DNA from: Wenzhouxiangella sp.
GTDB taxonomy: Bacteria > Pseudomonadota > Gammaproteobacteria > Xanthomonadales > Wenzhouxiangellaceae
Reading direction: 5' to 3'
Assembly (NCBI GenBank): GCA_007694055.1
Contig: RECK01000433.1
Coordinates: forward strand, 113 to 64,112
Length of the DNA: 64,000 nt
The position numbers and the translations under genes are program-made. This document shows positions 10,253 through 19,266 of the stretch, piece after piece; position 1 is the first letter of the stretch; each line of letters starts with the position of its first letter. The notes beneath the pieces are model-generated. The model made no database searches, was not told the origin of the DNA, and saw only the letters and a list, made by a program, of their open reading frames with translations.

Positions 10253-10302
10253 ATCATACACTACCAGCCCGGAGTCGGGCAAAGGATGTGACGCAGCGCA
10301 CT
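10253..10302 (-). promoter_or_regulatory. Putative sigma70 promoter for tssA with an upstream CRP/Clp-like site
   Basis: Minus strand TTGCCC (10282-10277), 18-nt spacer, TATGAT (10258-10253); TGTGA-cgcagc-GCACT at 10287-10302 partly matches TGTGA-N6-TCACA. Confidence 0.35.
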
Positions 10303-10416
10303 TTTTGTTACGGTCCGATGTCATGCTAAGCTCCTGTCTGCATCATTCACGTTGCCCTCGCTGAAATAAAACGGAAAGCGAGATAAAATTCGGCCATCTC
10401 CCCTGGAAAAAGACGG

Positions 10417-10683
10417 ATGCCTCGAATCAAGGAAGTCGAATTCTGGAGCTTTCTGGACGCCCTCCAGCGTGCCTCCGACAGCGGTCAGAAAATCGAGCCG
10501 CTCGACAAGGATGCCTGGAAGGCCTACCTCAAGGCCAACCGGATGAGCGAACCCATGATGGAGGAATTTGCCAAGGCGCGATTCATGTCCTTCAACAAGG
10601 TCGTCATCGAAGACGGCTCGGACTGGGTTGGTCTTTACATGTATTCGGTCGATGACGAAGGTGCTCTCAAGTGGGACCCCTGA
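10417..10683 (+). CDS. Hypothetical 88-aa protein inside the T6SS cluster, opposite strand
   Basis: ATG after a purine-rich stretch (GGAAAAGACGG); strongly G/C third-position codons (AAG GAA GTC GAA TTC TGG AGC); mostly occupies DNA not used by another gene; no family recognised. Confidence 0.75.
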   Translation: MPRIKEVEFWSFLDALQRASDSGQKIEPLDKDAWKAYLKANRMSEPMMEEFAKARFMSFNKVVIEDGSDWVGLYMYSVDDEGALKWDP

Positions 10684-11402
10684 ATGCGCACGCACACGGC
10701 CGTGCAGTTGTCGCGTGAGCCGTTCTGCAACGCCTCATCAACAATCAGCTCGGCCTGTGCACGGCCCGCAGACAGCAGTTCTTCAAGGCGGTCGGCGCTC
10801 ACAGAGCCGCTGACGCCATCCGAGCACAGCAACCAGGAATCTCCCGGCCGCGCCTCCATGACCAGGCAATCCAGGCTCAGGCTTTCGCAGGCCCCGACCG
10901 CACGGGTGATCGCATCGTTGCCAGGCTGACTGAAGTCCGGCTGCCGACCCGTGGCCTTGGCAAGCTCATGGGCGTAGCTGTGATCGTCGGTCATTTGCCG
11001 GAACTGGCCGTTGCGAAGGCGATAGGCTCGGCTGTCGCCAGCCCAGATCACGACCGCGCGGCCAGACTGTACCAGCAGCGCGACCACCGTTGCCCCGATC
11101 TGCCCCAGCTGGTTGGCTCTCGAATATCCCCATAGGTGTCGATTGCAATCCAGCAGGCAGCGCTTGATATTCTGGACCGACCCGCCAAGACGGTCGGATA
11201 GATCGACATCGGCGAGCTGCCGGACGATCCACTGTGAAGCATAATCGCCGGCGCGGTGCCCGCCCATGCCATCGCAAACCGCCCAGAAACAGCGAGGGGA
11301 CTGGTCCAGGTAGGCATCCTCGTTGCGCTGTCGGTAATAGCCCTGGTGAGTAAAGGCGCTGCTGGTGATGGCCACGCCGTAATCCTCAATCCAGCTCATC
11401 AT
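10635..11402 (-). CDS. pppA: PP2C-family Ser/Thr phosphatase PppA (TagG)
   Basis: THQGYYRQRNEDA, AVCDGMGGH, WAGDSRAY, DDHS, LLCSDG, SRDNCT; start set at 11402/11399 overlapping the tagF stop (track start 11441). Confidence 0.92.
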   Translation of the reverse strand: MMSWIEDYGVAITSSAFTHQGYYRQRNEDAYLDQSPRCFWAVCDGMGGHRAGDYASQWIVRQLADVDLSDRLGGSVQNIKRCLLDCNRHLWGYSRANQLGQIGATVVALLVQSGRAVVIWAGDSRAYRLRNGQFRQMTDDHSYAHELAKATGRQPDFSQPGNDAITRAVGACESLSLDCLVMEARPGDSWLLCSDGVSGSVSADRLEELLSAGRAQAELIVDEALQNGSRDNCTAVCVRIQGSHLRAPSSSTEYM

Positions 11403-12159
11403 CGACCGGGGGCGCGTCGGGCAGCGATTCTCGCGACTCATTCCCGATCAAACCGGCGAAGTTCCAGCCGCTGTCGGCAAAGCTGCCATCAAGCAGGGCC
11501 GTGTAGCCATGGGCAGGTGGCATGCCTTCGGCCAGCAACAGCGATGCCGGGATTCGATCCGAGCCCTGGGTCCACCATGCCGACATGGCCGGAATCAGCT
11601 CGGCCAGCGCATCGTCGGCCAATACGCCGAGCACGTCTCGAGTCGTGATGTTCTGGCCCAGGCGATACTGCCGCGCTGCCTGGCCTAGACCCACCCACGA
11701 TTCATCGCGCTCCCGGACGGGTTTGGCGCGTCTTGCCAGTGGCAGCTCAGCGAGCCGCACTTCCAGCGTGTCGGACTCGAAATCGTCACCGAGGCTGTCC
11801 AGGGCCAGCTCCTGGGCGGCGTCGAACCAGTCTTGCCAGCGGTGCATGGCCGTAATCGGCGGACAGTCGCCGGCATTGACCATCACCGAAAACGGAAAAT
11901 AGCGCCCCACCCGGTCGACGCTGGGAATCAGGACGCCCAGCCAGGTCGACTGGTCCAGCGTGCCGGGGCCTGCGGCAAAATTCCACACCGGGCTGACCAT
12001 GTAGTAATCAATCCAGGTCTCACCCAGCCGCTCACGACTGGCACTTATACCGTCCTGCAGCCACTCATCCCAGTTGGCTACCATACTGCCGGCCAGGAAC
12101 CGGGTGATGAAATCACCCAGCCTCGGAATCTTGCCGTAACAACCCGAGCTCGGAGTCAT
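11386..12159 (-). CDS. tagF: T6SS post-translational repressor TagF
   Basis: 257 aa; YGKIPRLGDF, WDEWLQ, GVLIPSVDRVGRYFPF. Confidence 0.92.
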   Translation of the reverse strand: MTPSSGCYGKIPRLGDFITRFLAGSMVANWDEWLQDGISASRERLGETWIDYYMVSPVWNFAAGPGTLDQSTWLGVLIPSVDRVGRYFPFSVMVNAGDCPPITAMHRWQDWFDAAQELALDSLGDDFESDTLEVRLAELPLARRAKPVRERDESWVGLGQAARQYRLGQNITTRDVLGVLADDALAELIPAMSAWWTQGSDRIPASLLLAEGMPPAHGYTALLDGSFADSGWNFAGLIGNESRESLPDAPPVDDELD

Positions 12160-12204
12160 TCCCTCATCCTTTCCCTCGCTTGTATCAAAACCGATGACCA
12201 GCCG

Positions 12205-15200
12205 TCAGAGTGCGGACGGACACTGGAAGCGCTGAACCAGATCTTCAGTCAATGGATTGACCAGTGCATGAGCCCGAACTTCATAGCGCGCTGTTCGGCC
12301 GGCCATCTCGAACTCCACGATCATGCTCTCGGGCGTCGCGCCCGGCTGACGACGGAACTGCTCCAGAAAGCGGAACAGGGCCCAAGGGCCATCAGCCGAT
12401 GCCGCGGAACGACCGCTGGCCGCAGGCGGATCGAACTGCAGGCGGACGCTGGACGCACCGCTGGGATCCGGCCAGCGTACCGTGGTAAATCGCACTGGCC
12501 CATGGAAGTACTCAACCGACTGCTCACCGATGCGCCAAGTCAGACGGTTGATGGACTGGTCCATTTCTACCGGCCTGAGATCCAGCTGCACGACCGGACG
12601 CTGACCACCTTCCGGGAAAAAGGCCTCACGGATGCGATGGGCATTTTCGAACTGGCGAATGCTCTCGCCCGACAGCGTCGGCGCGCCGGGTCGCGGCGGA
12701 CGCCAGCGCCACGGTGAGGAGCTGGTATCGGCATAGGTCCGCAGGTTTTCATCGAAGAACTTGTCAATCAGACCACCATGCCCGAACAGGCGACCGAATT
12801 CCTGCAGCGACAGATCCTGCGTGGACCCGGCCCTGAACGGATAGCGCTGGCCGGTCAACTCGCGACACCCCGGCAATACCTGGCTGGCCCACTGTCGCTG
12901 AACCTGGGAACGCGTGTCGGCGGCAGTCAACTGGACGATGCGAACCGAGAAAGAACCCAGCCATTCGGAAACCGGATCCGGCAGGCTCAGCGCATCCTCG
13001 CGCAGGCTCCGGGTCAGGTCGGCGGTAGTCCCCAGGCCAGCGGCAACGCCACGGGCAGAATCTTCGAAGGTGATGGCTAGACGGCGCAAGGTTCCCAGCG
13101 GCTGGTCGATGGGCCAATCGCTGGCCAGGTCCCCATCCCCGGCCAGGCGAACCAGTGCCCGGAAGCGATCTTCAACCACGGCCTCGGGGTCGCTGCCGCC
13201 CTGACCGGCCTGGCGCACAACTTCCCTGCCTTCGCGTGGCAGCATGCGGCTGAGGCGACGCTGGGCAGCCCGGCCACCGGCATCGCGCATGGCTTGGCCA
13301 AGCCCGCCTTCTTCATCCGTCCGGGTCAGCTGGGTCTCATCGGCAATGGCGCCCAGCAGCCAGCGGATCGGTGACTGGGTTCCGGAGGCCGCCCGCAGCA
13401 CCCTGACCGCATCGTTGGTCGTGCCGAAGCTGACAATCTCAAGGTCGCCAAGCAGATTTTCCCATTGGCGCACGAACTCTCGGAAATACAGTTCGCGCAC
13501 TTCGTCAATCAATCGGCTGACTTCCCGGGCATCGTCAAGACGACTGCGCGCATCGTCAGCCAGCACCCAGGTTTCGCCGAGCAGCTCGGTGACGATACTG
13601 CGCAGCTCCGGCCTCAGGATATTGTGATACCCGGCGTAGGTATACAGTCCGCTGATGCCGTCGTCCAGGGATCGACCGCTGGCACGCTGGAAGACCAGCT
13701 CTGCCTGTGGCCCGGCATGTTCGGAGACGCGAAACGCTCGTACGTTGCGCGAGTACTCCGCCTCGATCTCCAGGCGCTGCAATATCCGCCGGGCCAAGGG
13801 CACGGCCCGCAATACCGTGCGCGTGTCGGCGATCAGGTATTCATCCAGCTCGTAGGGCACCGGCACTTCCATGTTCTCGGCCAGCGCCTGAACATGCAGG
13901 GCCAGCGCTTCTCGCTCATCCAGGGTAAGTCCGGCAGGCGGGAATCGATCCAGGTCAAGCTGGTACCACAGGTCGACGGCCTCGGCGTCGTAGCGCCGGG
14001 GTCGCTCCATCATCAGGTAGACCTTGAGCGTTTCGTACAGGAACTCCGGCGCATCGGCGCTATGCCTGAGGCGATCCTCGGCCCGGTAAATCAGCTGCGG
14101 CAGCAACAGGTTATGGAGCATGCGCACGTAAGCACGCCGCGCCTCCTGGCCCATCTTTTCGCCCTGGTAAAGACCAAAGCCGGCCCGCCGCGGGGGGCGC
14201 TGATCTCGTTCGCCGTAACCGTGCGGAAGCTCCCGCATCTGGTCAAGGAGGATGATCATTTCCGACAGGTTGGCTGGCTGGCCATCGATGGCATGCAGGT
14301 CCAGGCGCATTTCATCCGATGCGACATCCATGCGCTCGACCAGGCCCCGGTTGTGCATGAAACTGATCGACCAGAGGGCGACGGCAGTGACCAGGATCAG
14401 CACGCTCGCCGCCACCGAACCCCATTGCAACAGTTTGCGCCGGCGCTCTCCGCGAGCGTCCACGCCGGCCAGCGCGGCTTCGGGGAAGATGACCTCCTGA
14501 AGCAGCCGGGTCAGGAAGTAGCTCTGGCCGCGACCCGCGGCAGCCTGCTCACCCGTGGCGCTGACGCCGAACGAGCGCGACAGGGCACCCATGACCCGAT
14601 CAATGGGCGTACCTTCCTGCGTCGCGCTGGTGAAGTAGCAACCGCGCAACATCAGGTCCTGCTCATAGCGGGTCGGGCTGAAGGCTTCGGTCAGAAATTC
14701 CTTCAGCAGTGGTTCGAGGGCTGAAAACTGCTGCGGAAAGGTGTAGATGGCCCGACGCCGGGACTCGGCCCGTTCATGCTGAAGCTTGTCAACCACCTGC
14801 CCGCCCAATCGCTGTGACAGGCGCTCAAGCTCCTCGCCGATCCGCTCGACCGGGTTGCCTTGGCGCGATTGCTCAAGGTCCAGGGTGAACCCCCATACCT
14901 GTTCACGCTCGTTGCGTCCCAGGTCATCGAAGAATTCATTGAACCCGGCCAGCAGGTCGCACTTGGTAAACATGACGTAAACCGGGAAGCGCACACCCAG
15001 CTCGGTCTGCAGCTCCTGCAGGCGGCTGCGCACCGCCTGGGCGTGCTGCCTGCGCTCGGACTCGGAGCCGGTCAGCAGGTCGGAGACGCTGATCGCAACC
15101 AGCGCGCCATTGATCGGCTGACGCTTGCGATAGCGCTTGAGCAAACTCAAGAAACCCTTCCAGGCCCCGGCATCCCGTTGCCGATCCGAGTCCTGGGTGG

Positions 15201-15747
15201 TGTAACGACCGGCGGTATCGATCAAAACCGCCTCGTTGGTGAACCACCAGTCGCAGTGACGGGTGCCACCAACGCCCTTCAGGGACTCAACGCCGAAGCG
15301 CTCGGCCAGCGGGAACTTGAGACCTGAATTGACCAGGGCCGTGGTCTTGCCCGCACCCGGCGGACCAATGATCAGATACCAGGGGATCTGGTAAAGGCGC
15401 TTGCTTTCGCCTTTTCCACCCAGTTTTGCCTGCTTCAGAACCTCCAGCGCCTCCTGCAGGCGCTCCCTGAGCAGCTGAACCTCTTCGGCCGAGCGGTCCG
15501 TTTCAGGCTCTGCCTCGATGACTTGCTGTGCCAGTTCCTCGTTGTAGCGCCGGCCGATCATCCAGGCCCGGGTCTTCTTGATGATCCACCACAGGTATAG
15601 CAGCAGGATCAAGGCAATACGCCAGTACGGATGCTCCAGCGGCATCCAGCCGGCAAAGCTGATCAAGGGCCCGGCAAACCAGATAACCAGCGCGATGGCG
15701 GTTATCGCGATCAGCGGAATCAGCACATGGCGCAAAAAGGCTCTCAT
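12205..15747 (-). CDS. tssM: T6SS membrane complex TssM/IcmF
   Basis: 1180 aa; N-terminal TM helices, PWYLIIGPPGAGKTT Walker A, CDWWFT, DTAGRY, FPVYVMFTKCDL, RGCYFTS. Confidence 0.96.
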   Translation of the reverse strand: MRAFLRHVLIPLIAITAIALVIWFAGPLISFAGWMPLEHPYWRIALILLLYLWWIIKKTRAWMIGRRYNEELAQQVIEAEPETDRSAEEVQLLRERLQEALEVLKQAKLGGKGESKRLYQIPWYLIIGPPGAGKTTALVNSGLKFPLAERFGVESLKGVGGTRHCDWWFTNEAVLIDTAGRYTTQDSDRQRDAGAWKGFLSLLKRYRKRQPINGALVAISVSDLLTGSESERRQHAQAVRSRLQELQTELGVRFPVYVMFTKCDLLAGFNEFFDDLGRNEREQVWGFTLDLEQSRQGNPVERIGEELERLSQRLGGQVVDKLQHERAESRRRAIYTFPQQFSALEPLLKEFLTEAFSPTRYEQDLMLRGCYFTSATQEGTPIDRVMGALSRSFGVSATGEQAAAGRGQSYFLTRLLQEVIFPEAALAGVDARGERRRKLLQWGSVAASVLILVTAVALWSISFMHNRGLVERMDVASDEMRLDLHAIDGQPANLSEMIILLDQMRELPHGYGERDQRPPRRAGFGLYQGEKMGQEARRAYVRMLHNLLLPQLIYRAEDRLRHSADAPEFLYETLKVYLMMERPRRYDAEAVDLWYQLDLDRFPPAGLTLDEREALALHVQALAENMEVPVPYELDEYLIADTRTVLRAVPLARRILQRLEIEAEYSRNVRAFRVSEHAGPQAELVFQRASGRSLDDGISGLYTYAGYHNILRPELRSIVTELLGETWVLADDARSRLDDAREVSRLIDEVRELYFREFVRQWENLLGDLEIVSFGTTNDAVRVLRAASGTQSPIRWLLGAIADETQLTRTDEEGGLGQAMRDAGGRAAQRRLSRMLPREGREVVRQAGQGGSDPEAVVEDRFRALVRLAGDGDLASDWPIDQPLGTLRRLAITFEDSARGVAAGLGTTADLTRSLREDALSLPDPVSEWLGSFSVRIVQLTAADTRSQVQRQWASQVLPGCRELTGQRYPFRAGSTQDLSLQEFGRLFGHGGLIDKFFDENLRTYADTSSSPWRWRPPRPGAPTLSGESIRQFENAHRIREAFFPEGGQRPVVQLDLRPVEMDQSINRLTWRIGEQSVEYFHGPVRFTTVRWPDPSGASSVRLQFDPPAASGRSAASADGPWALFRFLEQFRRQPGATPESMIVEFEMAGRTARYEVRAHALVNPLTEDLVQRFQCPSAL

Positions 15748-17117
15748 ACTTCTTCTCCGCTGGCCGCGGTCACGGCAATGTCCACCCGGCGATTGCGAGC
15801 CCGGCCCTCGGGCGTGTCGTTGCCGGCCAGGGGCTTGGTGTCGGCACGACCTTCGTAGCTGAATCGGTCGGGGTCGGATGAGCTGCCCTTGAGCAGACGG
15901 GTCACGGATTCAGCGCGGGCTTCGGACAAATGCCAGTTCGAGGGGAAACGCACCGAACGAATCGGAACATTGTCGGAATGACCGGTGACCAGCACCTGGC
16001 CCTGCACCTGGCCCAGGGCGTCACCAATGCGTTCGAACATGGGCAGGCGTTCGGCCTCGACCCGGGCCTGGGCCGAGGCGAACAGGCCATCGCCGGCGAT
16101 GCGTATGATCACGCGTCGGCCGTCGCGTTCCAGCAGCAGATTGCCGGCTGAAATATCCTCTGACAGCAGCCGGGACAGGGTCTGGTAAAGGGTCTCCGAT
16201 TCCGCGCCCGGCGCTCGCTCGGAAATTTCAAGCCGCGCGATGGCCATGGCATCAAGCGATGCCAGTCGTCCCAGCAAGGGGTCCGAGGAACGATTCAGTA
16301 CCAGATTGAAAGCGAAAAACGTAACCAGCATCAAGGCGGCACCGATACAGGCAATGGCCCAGGGCGGAATGTAGCCGGCCAGGCCAGGACGGCCGGCGTT
16401 GGAACCGCGCCAGTTGATCGACAGGTCCGTGTCCCGCTCCGGGCGCTGGTTGCGAATGGTTTCGTAAAGGGCATCGCGGTACCTGCCCAGTTCTTCGCGG
16501 CCGTCGCTGCGTGCACCGTAGGCACCTTCGAACCCAAGCCCCAGCACCACGTAGAGAAACTCCAGCAGGTCGACATTGGCAGCGGCGTTGCGCTTGGCGC
16601 GATCAATGATCTTGAAGACCTGCTCGCCACCCCAGGTTTCGCGATGAAACTGGCTGAGCAAGCTGTTTTCCTGCCAGCGGCTGCGACTGCCCCAGGGGGT
16701 TCCAAGCACTACCTCATCGAGGAACGCGCACAGGGTGTAATGGGCATAGCCGACAACCTCGCTGCTGTAACCGACACGATGAGCGTCGTCTTCGAAGGTC
16801 TTGAGCTGGCGCACGATACGCTCGCGCAGTGCGCCCAGATCCGGCTGCTCGGTGGAGGATTTCATCCTGGCAGCCAGGTTGAGCAGGTGTGCCGCGGCAG
16901 CCTCGAGTGGATTCATGCCGGGCCCCAGGGTCAACTCCTCCACACCGCCGGGACCACGACCAGCGCCACCGCCACCGCCACCAGGCGGGGGCGGAGGTGG
17001 TGGCCGTGAGCTCCCGCCAGGTGGCGTAGTCCGTGACGGCGGCCGGCCACCCGGAACCGGCTTGATCACGGTTCGATCGGATGCCGCGGATGGGAAAAAC
17101 GGGTCCTTGCTGCTCAT
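15744..17117 (-). CDS. tssL: T6SS TssL/DotU fused to a C-terminal OmpA-like peptidoglycan-binding domain
   Basis: 457 aa; YTLCAFLDE, ETWGGEQVF, LGLGFEG, TM helix, then GHSDN...NWHLSEARA...NRRVDI. Confidence 0.95.
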   Translation of the reverse strand: MSSKDPFFPSAASDRTVIKPVPGGRPPSRTTPPGGSSRPPPPPPPGGGGGGAGRGPGGVEELTLGPGMNPLEAAAAHLLNLAARMKSSTEQPDLGALRERIVRQLKTFEDDAHRVGYSSEVVGYAHYTLCAFLDEVVLGTPWGSRSRWQENSLLSQFHRETWGGEQVFKIIDRAKRNAAANVDLLEFLYVVLGLGFEGAYGARSDGREELGRYRDALYETIRNQRPERDTDLSINWRGSNAGRPGLAGYIPPWAIACIGAALMLVTFFAFNLVLNRSSDPLLGRLASLDAMAIARLEISERAPGAESETLYQTLSRLLSEDISAGNLLLERDGRRVIIRIAGDGLFASAQARVEAERLPMFERIGDALGQVQGQVLVTGHSDNVPIRSVRFPSNWHLSEARAESVTRLLKGSSSDPDRFSYEGRADTKPLAGNDTPEGRARNRRVDIAVTAASGEEV

Positions 17118-17164
17118 CTATTCATTTCCTCGAAACCGTTGATCCGTCAGCCCCGGACACACGA

Positions 17165-18499
17165 CTATTGCCTGATTGCCCAGAGTTCCATCTCAAGATC
17201 CGGGTACTCACCGGACACGTGCAGGGCAATGCCGCCACTGGTCTTGAGATCTTTCCAGTACTGGCTGGTGCGATCCAGTTCGAAATAGCTGAAGCCAGCG
17301 TGGTAAGGGATCTGGCGCGGGGCCACCGGCAGGGGCGAGGTGCCGATTCCGCGCACCTGCTTGTTGACCAACTCGCGGATCACCTCGACCGAACCGATCT
17401 TGATCTGGCGTGGCAACTGGGTGCGCAACTGGTCGCCCGACAGGGAAGCCTTGGCCGCGAGCACGAAAATGGAGTCGTCGACCAGGCCGCGATCCGGGAT
17501 ACGCCCAACCCGGATGCCGTATTTTTTCTCCACCAGCGGGATGGCCACGGCGTTTTGCTCGATCACCATGCTCAGCGCGTTGCGCAGATCAAGGATGACC
17601 GGATGAAAGGTTTCCTGCAGCGCAGCATGCCGGTAATCCGGATAGGTGCTCGCCATCTTGTCCTGGCCGGCAAAACTGGCCAGCTCACCGGCCAGTTCAA
17701 TCAACGCCTCGTAGAGACGCTCGGGATGGAGGCCATTGCGCTGGGCAAAGTGATGGATCAGCGGAATCTTGCTGTTGACCAGCATCAGCAACAGGAAGTC
17801 CGAGATTTCCGCGACCCCGCCCCGGCCGGACTGCGAAACCCGCGCTGCCAGCGCTTCGGCACGGTGCTTGAGCAGGCCAAGAATCTCCTTGGTGTAACCC
17901 TGCAAAACGGGATTGCCCAGGCAGTTGGCCATGGTAGGGATAAAGCTGGCGTCGATAACCACGGACGCGTCTGCCCGGCGCTCCTGGATTCGCGCCATGG
18001 GAATACAGGCGTACTCGCTGCGATCCTCCTCTTCAATCATGAAGCGGGCGTTGATTCTGGCCACCTCGATATCGGCAACCACGTTGGAGCCGGCGACCGA
18101 GTCCCGTGTCTCGATCAGGTCGGAGCGATAGCGGGCCAGGTTCTGGTCACCATCTGGCCGATCAAACTCGGCCCGCCCTGACTTCATCACCGGTACCGCC
18201 AGGTAGACCAGCGAGTTCTTGAGATTCTCCGGGACATCCAGGGGCTGGGGTGCTTCATCCTCGGCCGGAAAGCTGAACGGCGTGCCATCCGGAAATACGC
18301 CCGAGGCGATTTCCAGGCCGACCTTTCCGGTCTTCAGGGCCGCTTCGTCCAGCTTGAGCTGATCAAAGCCCCAGGCATCGGGACGAGCGAGGGCATCGCG
18401 TGCGTCCACGAACCGCTGGACGTAGCGGTCGAATTGTTGAAAGTGCTGTGGGCGGAGGAACATACCCTCCGACCAGATCACCCGACTTTTCCAGGACAT
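17165..18499 (-). CDS. tssK: T6SS baseplate subunit TssK
   Basis: 444 aa; VIWSEGMFLRPQHFQQ, GVFPDGT, HPERLY, PRQIPYHAGFSYFEL, LELWAIR-like end. Confidence 0.96.
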   Translation of the reverse strand: MSWKSRVIWSEGMFLRPQHFQQFDRYVQRFVDARDALARPDAWGFDQLKLDEAALKTGKVGLEIASGVFPDGTPFSFPAEDEAPQPLDVPENLKNSLVYLAVPVMKSGRAEFDRPDGDQNLARYRSDLIETRDSVAGSNVVADIEVARINARFMIEEEDRSEYACIPMARIQERRADASVVIDASFIPTMANCLGNPVLQGYTKEILGLLKHRAEALAARVSQSGRGGVAEISDFLLLMLVNSKIPLIHHFAQRNGLHPERLYEALIELAGELASFAGQDKMASTYPDYRHAALQETFHPVILDLRNALSMVIEQNAVAIPLVEKKYGIRVGRIPDRGLVDDSIFVLAAKASLSGDQLRTQLPRQIKIGSVEVIRELVNKQVRGIGTSPLPVAPRQIPYHAGFSYFELDRTSQYWKDLKTSGGIALHVSGEYPDLEMELWAIRQ

Positions 18500-18566
18500 C
18501 GGTCTATTCGCCTAAAGGTTGCATGCGCACGCGAACTGCGAGAGCCGTTGAACCACGACTTTTCGG

Positions 18567-18595
18567 CAGTATACACACTGGTTAACGTAAACCAG
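18567..18595 (-). promoter_or_regulatory. Possible internal promoter and palindromic operator between tssJ and tssK
   Basis: TATACT on the minus strand (18573-18568); inverted repeats CAGT-N6-ACTG (18567-18580) and CTGGTT-N6-AACCAG (18578-18595) in a 131-nt gap. Confidence 0.35.
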
Positions 18596-18630
18596 CCTGA
18601 AAACGTGACGGAAATCGCGCTTCGCCCATG

Positions 18631-19110
18631 TCAGCGCTGCTGACGAATGGAAACCTCCAGGCGCTCCAGAACGACCTCGAGATCGTTGGCGCGATTGGGC
18701 TGGATCGGCTGCACGGCGCGCCAGCGGGCGTGTTCGATATCGCGGTAGGCGGCGAGGATCCCGACATAGCCCGAACCACTCCGAAACTCGGCATCCAGTT
18801 CGACGCGCTCACCCGGTTCGAGTTGGTACTCCCAGCGCGAGATCTGATCGGCACCCAGAATCGCCGTGTCCTGCTCCAGCAAGGAAAAGAAATCGGAGAT
18901 CTCGAACACGCCGGCCGAACGCAATTCATAGACGCGCACCACAATCGGCGACGGGCGGTCATTTCGATCCGGATTGACCTCGGCGGTGGCATTCAAGACC
19001 ACCGAAACCGTGGTTGGTGGTGGCGTTCGATCGCGCGCGCAGGAGGCGGTAACGACGATCGTGAACACGGCCAGCAATGCGATCAGCAAAAAGCGCGACG
19101 ATGATTTCAT
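18631..19110 (-). CDS. tssJ: T6SS outer-membrane lipoprotein TssJ
   Basis: Signal peptide ending TASC; NPDRNDRPSPIVVRVYEL, LEPGE, ILAAYRD; start set at 19110 (track 19155). Confidence 0.92.
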   Translation of the reverse strand: MKSSSRFLLIALLAVFTIVVTASCARDRTPPPTTVSVVLNATAEVNPDRNDRPSPIVVRVYELRSAGVFEISDFFSLLEQDTAILGADQISRWEYQLEPGERVELDAEFRSGSGYVGILAAYRDIEHARWRAVQPIQPNRANDLEVVLERLEVSIRQQR

Positions 19111-19266
19111 TTTCCCTTCCCAGTCCTTGTGAACAGTGATTGACATCTCCGACAATGATTTTGCCGGAAACCATTTTCCAACCTCACCTGCCTGGGGCCC
19201 TGGCTCCCGGAGCCCAGCCGCAGCAGGATTACAATACCGGTTTGCCAGGCAAATGCATAATCCCGG

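Noticed and set aside
12170-12181. 12-mer AAGCGAGGGAAA shared (minus strand) with 60847-60858
   Set aside because: One such match is within chance expectation for purine-rich spacers, and the contexts are unrelated.
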